From IMG/VR virus record IMGVR_UViG_3300044641_002725: a stretch of DNA of 64,000 bases; one strand, written 5' to 3'. Under the pieces are notes generated by a model. It made no database searches. It worked only from the letters and a program-made list of their open reading frames with translations, and was not told the DNA's origin. Position 1 is the first letter of the stretch; each line of letters starts with the position of its first letter. The stretch is from a virus. The position numbers were made by a program, and so were the translations under genes. This document shows, piece after piece, positions 28,634 through 37,145 of this stretch.

Positions 28634-29458
28634 ATGGCACGCAATCGTTTTTTTAATCAATACACTCCTGTTAAGCAGGAACAAAATCTTGTTGAAGATT
28701 TAATTATAGAATCTATCAAGATTTATGGTATAGATGGTTATTACTTACCAAGAACGCACGTAAATTTAGATAAGATTTATGGCGAAGATGCGTCTATGCT
28801 TTTTGATGATGCACTTGAAATGGAACTGTATGTAAAAAGTTTTGATGGCTTTATGGGACAAGAAGACTTTATGGCAAAGTTTGGTCTTCAAGTTGACGAA
28901 TCAGTCACATTTGTTATTTCGCAAAAACGATTCACACAATCACTCAAAACATCTATAATCACAGAATACTCATACAACATGTTGACTGAAGATGGAGAAG
29001 AATTATTAAGCAACAGGAATGATGTGTCAGAGTATGATTACGAAGCCATTGTGAGACCAAGAGAGGGTGATTTAATTTGGATTCCTATGTTTGAAAGCAT
29101 GTATGAAATTAAATTCACTCAAAATATTGAGAACTTCTTTCAATTAGGCAAACTCTACACATACGAACTACGTTGTGACAGACTCGAATACTCTAGCGAA
29201 CGTATTAATACTGACATTACCGAAATTGATGCAAACGAAGATCAATACAGTTTGTCAACTGCTAATAATGAAAAATTACTTGACGAAGATAATTTCTTGT
29301 TCTTGCTTGAAGACGGCACATTCATTATCAACGAAGCTGATGTTGTTGTTCTAGCAGAGATTTCAGCAGACAATGAAGAGATTGGTCAGAAAATTATTGA
29401 CGATGATATTCTAGATTTCTCAGAACAAAACCCATTCTCATTGACAAGGACTTTCTAA
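28634..29458 (+). CDS. gp14: Neck protein gp14
   Basis: EQNLVEDLIIESIKIYG, RPREGDLI, FFQLGKLYTYELRC, LDFSEQNPF. Confidence 0.93.
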   Translation: MARNRFFNQYTPVKQEQNLVEDLIIESIKIYGIDGYYLPRTHVNLDKIYGEDASMLFDDALEMELYVKSFDGFMGQEDFMAKFGLQVDESVTFVISQKRFTQSLKTSIITEYSYNMLTEDGEELLSNRNDVSEYDYEAIVRPREGDLIWIPMFESMYEIKFTQNIENFFQLGKLYTYELRCDRLEYSSERINTDITEIDANEDQYSLSTANNEKLLDEDNFLFLLEDGTFIINEADVVVLAEISADNEEIGQKIIDDDILDFSEQNPFSLTRTF

Positions 29459-29459
29459 T

Positions 29460-30215
29460 ATGATGTTCGGACACGACTTCTATCACGGAACGCTAAGACG
29501 TTACGTAATCATGTTTGGTAATTTGTTTAACGAAATTCAAGTTGACAGATACGATTCTGCTGGAACTAAAATTCAAACTGTCAACGTTCCAATTGAGTAT
29601 GGACCAAAACAAAAGTTTATTCAAAGGGTGACTAGCGATCCTGATTTGAATCGCCATGTTTCTACTACATTGCCAAGACTTGGATTTGAGTTTACTAGCA
29701 TGTCATATGCGCCTCAGCGTAAATTAAACAGCGCACATAAAATAACTAGAGGCGTAAATACTGGAGGGCTAGACTTCAATTATATGCACACACCTGTGCC
29801 ATATGACTTCAGCTTTTCTTTACATGCACTTTTTAGAAACACCGAAGACGGCACACAAATTGTAGAACAGATTGTGCCATTCTTTACACCAGACTTTACT
29901 GTGACAATGAAGATGATTCCAGAGATGGCACTTAACATGGATATTCCAATTGAGTTAAACTCGGTAACTTCATCAGACACATACGAAGGAGATATGGATT
30001 CTCGCAGAATTCAAACGTACCAATTAGATTTTACAGTCAAAGGATATTTGTTTGGACCAACTAAGAAGTTCAAGTACATTGCTAAAGAAGATATTAATTT
30101 TATTGATGATGGCTCTGCAATCAACAAAGCAATCATATCTACTCAAACATTTACTGGAAACTCTGAGTTTGAAGTAACCGAAACGCAAACTAACAACAAT
30201 GGATATACGACATAA
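29460..30215 (+). CDS. gp15: Tail sheath stabiliser/completion protein gp15
   Basis: FYHGTLRRYVIMFGNLFNEI, VPIEYGPKQKF, QIVEQIVPFFTP. Confidence 0.93.
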   Translation: MMFGHDFYHGTLRRYVIMFGNLFNEIQVDRYDSAGTKIQTVNVPIEYGPKQKFIQRVTSDPDLNRHVSTTLPRLGFEFTSMSYAPQRKLNSAHKITRGVNTGGLDFNYMHTPVPYDFSFSLHALFRNTEDGTQIVEQIVPFFTPDFTVTMKMIPEMALNMDIPIELNSVTSSDTYEGDMDSRRIQTYQLDFTVKGYLFGPTKKFKYIAKEDINFIDDGSAINKAIISTQTFTGNSEFEVTETQTNNNGYTT

Positions 30216-30640
30216 TGAAGAAAACAGTTGATGATAAGTTAAATGACATATTTGATGTGCAAGGTAAGATTGTTGAACAAGCATTGGTACCTGTTGAACA
30301 CCCAAAGAAAGAAGTTATTTCTGGTGCACCAAATGATGAATCAATTGATGCTGACTATGAATATGCGAGAGAGAATTTAAAGCTATTCATTGAGCAAGGC
30401 AAAGTTGCTATGGAAAACATTATCTTTTTAGCAAAAGAAGGTGAGTCTCCAAGAGCATACGAAGTTGTAGGGCAATTGATTAAAACATTGTCAGACACAA
30501 ATAAAGATTTGTTAGACTTGGGTAAAAAAGTAAAAGACTTGAAGACAAAAAAAGATGATACACAACAACCACAACATGTGACTAATGCATTGTTTGTTGG
30601 TAGCACGGCAGAATTACAGAAACTAATTGGTAAAAGATGA
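30215..30640 (+). CDS. gp16: Terminase small subunit
   Basis: DYEYARENL, SPRAYEVVGQLIK, NALFVGSTAELQK. Confidence 0.93.
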   Translation: MKKTVDDKLNDIFDVQGKIVEQALVPVEHPKKEVISGAPNDESIDADYEYARENLKLFIEQGKVAMENIIFLAKEGESPRAYEVVGQLIKTLSDTNKDLLDLGKKVKDLKTKKDDTQQPQHVTNALFVGSTAELQKLIGKR

Positions 30641-32265
30641 CTGCAAAATCCTATCTAGGAAATTCTCTTTTAAAAGCATCTGGTGTACCACTCAATTTCA
30701 CCAAAGAAGAGATTGAAGAATACTTGAAATGTGCTGACGATCCAATATACTTCATTGAAAGTTATTGTAAGATTGTCACGTTAGATCATGGACTTCAGGC
30801 ATTTAAACTGTATGACTGCCAAAAGAACAAAGTAAAAATTATCCATGAGAATCGTAAAGTCATTCTTATGGAAGGGCGACAACAAGGTAAGACAACAACT
30901 TCTGCCGCTTACATCTTGTGGTACACATTGTTTCAAGGAAGCAAGACTGTAGCCATTCTAGCCAACAAAGCAACAGCCGCTAGAGAAGTTTTGTATCGTT
31001 ATCAAATCATGTATGAGAATCTTCCTACATGGCTACAGCAAGGTGTCACTACATGGAACAAGGGTGACATTGCTTTAGAAAATGGTTCAATTGTATTCAC
31101 AGCCGCAACAAGCACATCAGGTATTCGTGGTAAGTCAGTTAACTTATTGTACGTTGACGAAGCCGCTATCATACCGAACAATGTAGCAGAACAATTCTTT
31201 ACCTCAGTTTATCCTACGATTTCTGCTGGTGAAACAACAAAGATTCTGCTAAGTTCTACTCCACTTGGATACAATCACTTCTGGAAATTCTGGAATGATG
31301 CAGACAACAATAGAAATGGATTTGTCAATCTATTCATTCCATACTGGGAGATTCCTGGACGTGATGAGAAGTGGGCATCTGAACAAAGAGCAATGTTGGG
31401 TGAGTTGAAGTTTAATCAAGAGGTTTTATGTAACTTCTTAGGTTCTAGTCTTACACTCATTGCTTCCGATTCTATTGCACAAATGTCGGCTAGCCCTATT
31501 ACCTATCAAAAAGATGGGCTAGACATATACGAAAATGTTGAAAAAGATCATGCATATTGTATTGTAGCAGACACAGCAAAGGGTGTCGGTGGTGACTATT
31601 CGGCATTTCAGATTATTGACATAACTCAGATGCCATATAGAATTGTGGGTAAATATAGAAACAATGAAATCAGCCCTCTTTTGTATCCATCAGTACTTTA
31701 CAGAGTGGGTAAAGAATACAATGAGGCATATATTCTAATTGAGATCAATTCTTCAGAGCAAGTTGCAGAGATTCTTTATGGTGAGTATGAATATGAGAAT
31801 ATTATTTCTGTTAGCAGAACACCACAAGGCCAAGTTGTTAATGGTGGATTTGGTGGAAATAAAACGCAACTTGGTGTCATCACAGACAAAAAAGTTAAAC
31901 GCATTGGATGTTCTAACTTCAAGTCATTGGTCGAAGAGAAAAAACTCATTATCAATGATGCTGATACTATAGCTGAGATTTCAACATTCATTGAAAAAAG
32001 AAACAGTTATTCTGCTGACGAAGGATATCACGATGATTTGGTCATGCCTTTAGTGCTGTTTTCATGGCTGACAACAAACTCATATTTCAAAGAGTTGACA
32101 AACATCAATATACGAAAAGAATTGTACGAAACAAGAATTAAAATGATCGAAGAGGAAATGACTCCTTTCGGATTTATAAATAATGGTGACGAAGAAAATC
32201 AATTAGTCGATGCAGGAGGGCAAGTCTGGAACGTAGAGAACTATCACAAATCTGATTTTTTATAA
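30637..32265 (+). CDS. gp17: Terminase large subunit
   Basis: RQQGKTT Walker A, YVDEAA Walker B, SSTPLG, ADTAKG, HDDLVM nuclease motifs. Confidence 0.97.
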   Translation: MTAKSYLGNSLLKASGVPLNFTKEEIEEYLKCADDPIYFIESYCKIVTLDHGLQAFKLYDCQKNKVKIIHENRKVILMEGRQQGKTTTSAAYILWYTLFQGSKTVAILANKATAAREVLYRYQIMYENLPTWLQQGVTTWNKGDIALENGSIVFTAATSTSGIRGKSVNLLYVDEAAIIPNNVAEQFFTSVYPTISAGETTKILLSSTPLGYNHFWKFWNDADNNRNGFVNLFIPYWEIPGRDEKWASEQRAMLGELKFNQEVLCNFLGSSLTLIASDSIAQMSASPITYQKDGLDIYENVEKDHAYCIVADTAKGVGGDYSAFQIIDITQMPYRIVGKYRNNEISPLLYPSVLYRVGKEYNEAYILIEINSSEQVAEILYGEYEYENIISVSRTPQGQVVNGGFGGNKTQLGVITDKKVKRIGCSNFKSLVEEKKLIINDADTIAEISTFIEKRNSYSADEGYHDDLVMPLVLFSWLTTNSYFKELTNINIRKELYETRIKMIEEEMTPFGFINNGDEENQLVDAGGQVWNVENYHKSDFL

Positions 32266-32268
32266 ATA
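32261..32268 (+). promoter_or_regulatory. T4-type late promoter
   Basis: TATAAATA upstream of gp18. Confidence 0.75.
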
Positions 32269-32316
32269 AATTAAACAAACCTAACAACAGAATATCATTA
32301 TAACAAGGAGAATTCA

Positions 32317-34206
32317 ATGGCTATAAGTCTAATTTCACCAGGAATTAAGATCACCGAATCAGATTTGGTGTCTTCCTCACAAGCAGTATCTTCAACATCT
32401 GGCGCATTTTCTGGACAATTTCGTTGGGGTCCGATAGATAAAGCAGTACAAGTTACAAACGAAACTGAGTTGGTAAATCAATTTGGTAAACCAAATGCAA
32501 CTAACGTAGTTGACTTTTTGTCAGCCGCTAACTTTTTAGGCTACACTAGTTCATTGTTCGTTGTTCGTAGCGCAAACACAGCGTTGAATGCTACAGCAGA
32601 AGCGACAACTGGTTCAGGCACAGCGGGTACTGGTACATCTATTAAGAACGATGACGTATATATTAACACAGCATCTTTTAACGTTGGTCCATGGGCCGCT
32701 CGTTACTCTGGTGCATTAGGAAATGCACTTAAAGTTTCTTTGTGCCCAAGTTCAAATGCGTACTCTAACACATTGACTGGAACATATACTGTAACAGCAG
32801 GTTCTACGACAGTTACTGGTTCAGGTACTGCGGCAAACACAGAAATGCAAGTTGGCGACATTCTTGTATTGGGTGGACGTGCATCTAAAGTTACTGCTAT
32901 TACTAATGCAACATCATTGACGCTCGAATCTGCACACTTAACTGGTGCTTCAGCCGCAACAGGTGTACGCCGTTGGGAATTCTTTGGTGAGTTTGATTCT
33001 GCACCAAGAACATCTACAGCAGGAACAGCCGCAGGCGCAACTGGCGATGAATTGCACGTTGTTGTCGTTGACAAAACTGGTGATATCACTGGAACAGCAG
33101 GAACAGTTTTGGAAAAATACGCATATCTTTCTAAAGGCTCTGATGCTAAAGCTGACTCTGGTGGTAGCAACTACTACAAGAATGCTATTAATGACCGCTC
33201 AAAGTATATTTATTGGGCTGCCCATGATGCCGCAGGCACTAATTGGGGTAGCACATTATCTAACACAACATTTACGGCAATTAATACACCTAAGGCATAT
33301 TCTTTAGCTGGTGGTTCTGATGGTAACGCAATTACAGATGGCGATAGATCATCGGGTTATGTTTTACTTGCAAACAAGCAAGAAATTCCTGCATCTATTA
33401 TTGTAACTGGTCAAGCGACTGCCACAGTAGTAAATAGAATTATTGCTGACGTTGCTGAAGTTAGAAAAGACGTTATTGTTTGCGTATCTCCATTGAGAGC
33501 AAACGTTGTTAATAATGCTGGTTCTGAAGCGACTTCAATCTTATCTTGGGCAGACACAATCACACGTTCCACATACGCAGTTGCAGACAGCGGTTGGAAA
33601 TATCAGTACGACAAATACAATGATGCATATGTTTATGTACCATTGAATGCTGACACAGCAGGTTGTATGGCACGTAATGACTCTGTTCGTGAGCCATGGT
33701 TATCTCCAGCAGGTTTCAGCAATGGTCGTATTCAAAACTTAGTTCGTTTGGCCTACAATCCAAACCAAGCTGACAGAGACACATTGTACAAAGCCGCAGT
33801 TAATCCAGTTATTACACAAGTTGGTCAAGGTACAGTTTTGTTTGGCGACAAGACATTTACATTGAGAAACACTTCAATGAATCGTGTTAACGTTCGTAGA
33901 TTGTTCATTGAATTGCAAAAGACAATTGGCCAATCCGCAGACAATGTATTGTTTGACCAAAACGATGCAACAACAAGAAACGGTTTCGTAAGTCTAGTTG
34001 TTCCTTACTTGAGAAGCGTTCAGTCTAGAAGAGGTATTACAGCATTCAGAGTTGTTTGTGACGAATCAAACAATCCAGAAGATGTAGTAAATGCTAATGA
34101 ATTTGTTTGCGACATTTTCGTACAACCAATTCGTTCTGTTAACTTCATTCAACTTAACTTTGTCTCTGTAAGAGGTACCGCTACATTCGCTGAAATTGCC
34201 GCATAA
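32317..34206 (+). CDS. gp18: Tail sheath protein
   Basis: SPGIKITE, FRWGP, PWLSPAG, RVNVRRLF, VCDESNN, PIRSVNFIQLNF. Confidence 0.96.
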   Translation: MAISLISPGIKITESDLVSSSQAVSSTSGAFSGQFRWGPIDKAVQVTNETELVNQFGKPNATNVVDFLSAANFLGYTSSLFVVRSANTALNATAEATTGSGTAGTGTSIKNDDVYINTASFNVGPWAARYSGALGNALKVSLCPSSNAYSNTLTGTYTVTAGSTTVTGSGTAANTEMQVGDILVLGGRASKVTAITNATSLTLESAHLTGASAATGVRRWEFFGEFDSAPRTSTAGTAAGATGDELHVVVVDKTGDITGTAGTVLEKYAYLSKGSDAKADSGGSNYYKNAINDRSKYIYWAAHDAAGTNWGSTLSNTTFTAINTPKAYSLAGGSDGNAITDGDRSSGYVLLANKQEIPASIIVTGQATATVVNRIIADVAEVRKDVIVCVSPLRANVVNNAGSEATSILSWADTITRSTYAVADSGWKYQYDKYNDAYVYVPLNADTAGCMARNDSVREPWLSPAGFSNGRIQNLVRLAYNPNQADRDTLYKAAVNPVITQVGQGTVLFGDKTFTLRNTSMNRVNVRRLFIELQKTIGQSADNVLFDQNDATTRNGFVSLVVPYLRSVQSRRGITAFRVVCDESNNPEDVVNANEFVCDIFVQPIRSVNFIQLNFVSVRGTATFAEIAA

Positions 34207-34234
34207 ATACTAGAGAATAAATAAGGAGAATTAT

Positions 34235-34771
34235 ATGGCAATTACAACAATTAGCGATTTGAAAACCGCCCTTAATAGTGGCGCTCGTTCAAATCTGTTT
34301 AAAGTTACATTAAATGGATTTTATAGTACAACTACATCTGAAGATGAAGATTTTAGTTTTTTGTGCAAGGCAGCCCAACTGCCTGGCTCAACTTTAGGTA
34401 TTATTGAAGTTCCATTTTCAGCCGGCAGAAGATATAAAGCGCCTGGAGACAGAACATTTGCTGACTGGACAACAACAGTCATTAATGATTCTAATCACCA
34501 AATTAGAGAAGCATTAGAAAACCTACAAAAAGTTTATGGAACTACTGATTACAATTCAACAATTTCTAAAACTAGAACTGGTGGAACTCAAACGGACTTT
34601 TCTACTATTTTAGTTGAACAACTAGATCAAGCAGGCAATTCGATATATTCATATACGCTGAACAACTGTTGGCCACAAGATATCAGCACTATTGATCTGT
34701 CTTATGACTCTACAGACACTCTCGAAGAGTTTACTGTAACTTGGTCTTACGACTACTTTACATTCGAATAA
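34235..34771 (+). CDS. gp19: Tail tube protein, copy 1
   Basis: GARSNLFKV, LCKAAQLPGSTLG, GDRTFADWTTTVIND, EEFTVTWSYDY; CATAAATA at 34202-34209. Confidence 0.9.
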   Translation: MAITTISDLKTALNSGARSNLFKVTLNGFYSTTTSEDEDFSFLCKAAQLPGSTLGIIEVPFSAGRRYKAPGDRTFADWTTTVINDSNHQIREALENLQKVYGTTDYNSTISKTRTGGTQTDFSTILVEQLDQAGNSIYSYTLNNCWPQDISTIDLSYDSTDTLEEFTVTWSYDYFTFE

Positions 34772-34781
34772 GGAATAAAAA

Positions 34782-35375
34782 ATGACAACCGAATTTTTCA
34801 ATATCAATACATTTAGAGAAAAACTAAATGGCGGATCAAAAGCAAATTTATTTCGTATGGACATTGAACTCAATGATGATATAGACGGTGTTGATCTAGA
34901 TGCGGCCAATTTTTCTGTTTTGTGTAAATCTGGTGCAATTCCAGCATTTACACTAGGTGTTATTGAAGTTCCATTCAGAGGAAGACGCATTAAAATTCCT
35001 GGTGACAGAACATACGGAGATTGGACAGCAACATTTGTTAACGATGGTAACCAAAACATTCGTAAAACTTTTGACAATTGGCTAAAAAGCATTGTCGATC
35101 CTGATGGAGAGGAAGATTTGAGAGTAGATAGCGAAGATACATACCGTTCTACTATTACTGTGAATCAGTTAAGACCAGATGGCACAGTCGCTAGAGTATA
35201 TAAATTGTATGATGCGTTTCCAACTGATGTTTCTGCTATTGATTTATCTTATGACACTACAGATGCAATTCAAGAGTTTACTGTTACATTCCAATATCAC
35301 TATCTAGATGTTGGTAATACTTCATTGGCTGGCCAAGACGCATCTGCGCCAGACTCAGCAACAGCAACAGTATAA
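34782..35375 (+). CDS. gp19: Tail tube protein, copy 2
   Basis: GGSKANLF, IEVPFRGRRIKIPGDRTYGDW, FPTDVSAIDLSYD, QEFTVTFQY. Confidence 0.9.
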   Translation: MTTEFFNINTFREKLNGGSKANLFRMDIELNDDIDGVDLDAANFSVLCKSGAIPAFTLGVIEVPFRGRRIKIPGDRTYGDWTATFVNDGNQNIRKTFDNWLKSIVDPDGEEDLRVDSEDTYRSTITVNQLRPDGTVARVYKLYDAFPTDVSAIDLSYDTTDAIQEFTVTFQYHYLDVGNTSLAGQDASAPDSATATV

Positions 35376-35392
35376 AAAGTAAATAATGAATT

Positions 35393-35417
35393 TTACGCAA
35401 CATAAATAATTGCGTAA
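35393..35417 (+). promoter_or_regulatory. Late promoter inside an inverted repeat
   Basis: TTACGCAA-CATAAATAA-TTGCGTAA. Confidence 0.55.
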
Positions 35418-35429
35418 TAGTTGTCAAAC

Positions 35430-35460
35430 AATGGGGGCTATTACGGCCCCCATTTTTTTT
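35430..35460 (+). terminator. Rho-independent terminator-like hairpin upstream of the portal gene
   Basis: AATGGGGGC-loop-GCCCCCATT followed by a T run. Confidence 0.75.
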
Positions 35461-35474
35461 AGAGAGACTCAAAT

Positions 35475-37145
35475 ATGGCGATAAAACTTTTTGGATATAA
35501 AATTGGTAAAGATGATGTTGAAGCAGAACAGTTAAAATCGTTTGTGCCACCTACCGATGACGATGCATCCGTTGCAATTTCTGGCGGCGGTGTCTATGGT
35601 ACATACTTAGACCTTGAAGGACAGATTAGAACAGACGCAGATTTAATTAAGAAGTATCGTGAGATGGCACTTCAGCCAGAATGCGATGCGGCTATTGAAG
35701 ACATTGTTAATGAATCATTAGTCTTTGAAGATGGTGATTATCCAGTTCAAATCATTTTAGATAAACTTGAACAGCCTGAATCAATCAAGAAAAAAATTCG
35801 TGATGAATATCATTACGTTATGAAACTTCTTGACTTCAACAATCAGGGATACGATATCTTTCGTAGATGGTATGTTGATGGTCGATTGTATTATCACATG
35901 GTCATTGACGAAAAGAATCCTAGATCAGGATTGAAAGAAGTTCGTTACATTGATCCACGTAAAATTCGTAAAGTGCGTGAAAACAAAAGAACTGACAATC
36001 GTCCTGGAACAGCAGACACATCACAACAGTATCACGAATACTTTATCTACTCTGATAAAGGATTTGCTAAAGATGGTTCACAAGGTATCAAAATTGCAGT
36101 AGATTCAGTTTGCTATACCAACTCTGGTATCACAGACAAAGATGGCAAAGTAATTGTTTCACATTTACACAAAGCAATCAAACCCCTCAATCAATTACGT
36201 ATGCTTGAAGATGCGACAGTTATCTATCGTATTTCAAGAGCGCCAGAGCGTAGAATTTTTTACATTGATGTGGGTAATTTACCTAAGATGAAAGCTGAAC
36301 AATACTTGCGTGAAATCATGCAGAAGTATAAAAACAAATTAGTCTATGATGCACAGACTGGTGAAATTCGTGATGACAGAAGATTCCAAACAATGCTAGA
36401 AGATTACTGGTTGCCACGTAGAGAAGGTGGTAAAGGTACTGAGATTACCACACTACAGGGTGGACAAAACTTAGGTGAGATTGAAGATGTATTGTACTTT
36501 CAAAAGAAGATGTTCAAATCATTGAACGTTCCAGTTTCTCGCATAGAAGCTGACAATGGATTTTCACTAGGTCGTGCTTCTGAAATTACTAGAGATGAAT
36601 TGAAGTTTGGTAAGTTCATTGCACGTTTGCGTTTAAGATTCTCACACTTGTTTGACAAGATGCTTGAAACACAGCTTCTGCTTAAAGGTGTTTGCACTCG
36701 TAAAGAGTGGGAACAAATGAAAGAAGAAATCAGTTATGACTATCAATCAGACTCACACTTCAGCGAACTTAAAAATGCCGAATTGATGAAAGATCGATTG
36801 AGTGTTCTTTCAGACATTGACGGGTATGTTGGCAAATATTTCTCCATTAATTATATCAGAAAAAATGTTTTACATCAAAGCGAAGAAGATATAAAACAAA
36901 TGGACGAAGAAATGCAAGAAGACAAAGCAAACATGGAGGGAGAAGATTCTGTAGCAGAAGATTTGCCACCTCCAGCACCGCCTGCACCTCCACCGCAACA
37001 ACTTGTTGTGAGTGTAAAAAAAGAAGAAACTGAAAACAATGCTAGAGTAATCGATGACGTAGACCAAAGAGAATTAGCTAAGTCTATGACTGCATTTTTT
37101 GGTACATTAGTTGAAGAGGCTAAAGTTGACAAAGAAGGAAACTAA
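35475..37145 (+). CDS. gp20: Portal protein
   Basis: FRRWYVDGRLYY, IYRISRAPERRIFYIDVGNLPK, EDYWLPRREGGKGTEITTL; Pro-rich C-terminal extension. Confidence 0.97.
   Translation: MAIKLFGYKIGKDDVEAEQLKSFVPPTDDDASVAISGGGVYGTYLDLEGQIRTDADLIKKYREMALQPECDAAIEDIVNESLVFEDGDYPVQIILDKLEQPESIKKKIRDEYHYVMKLLDFNNQGYDIFRRWYVDGRLYYHMVIDEKNPRSGLKEVRYIDPRKIRKVRENKRTDNRPGTADTSQQYHEYFIYSDKGFAKDGSQGIKIAVDSVCYTNSGITDKDGKVIVSHLHKAIKPLNQLRMLEDATVIYRISRAPERRIFYIDVGNLPKMKAEQYLREIMQKYKNKLVYDAQTGEIRDDRRFQTMLEDYWLPRREGGKGTEITTLQGGQNLGEIEDVLYFQKKMFKSLNVPVSRIEADNGFSLGRASEITRDELKFGKFIARLRLRFSHLFDKMLETQLLLKGVCTRKEWEQMKEEISYDYQSDSHFSELKNAELMKDRLSVLSDIDGYVGKYFSINYIRKNVLHQSEEDIKQMDEEMQEDKANMEGEDSVAEDLPPPAPPAPPPQQLVVSVKKEETENNARVIDDVDQRELAKSMTAFFGTLVEEAKVDKEGN

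Noticed and set aside
37090-37145. Programmed frameshift fusing portal to the collagen fibre
   Set aside because: The downstream ORF is in the +1 frame and has a stop at 37108-37110 after the T-run; a TTG start with GAGG upstream explains the overlap more simply.
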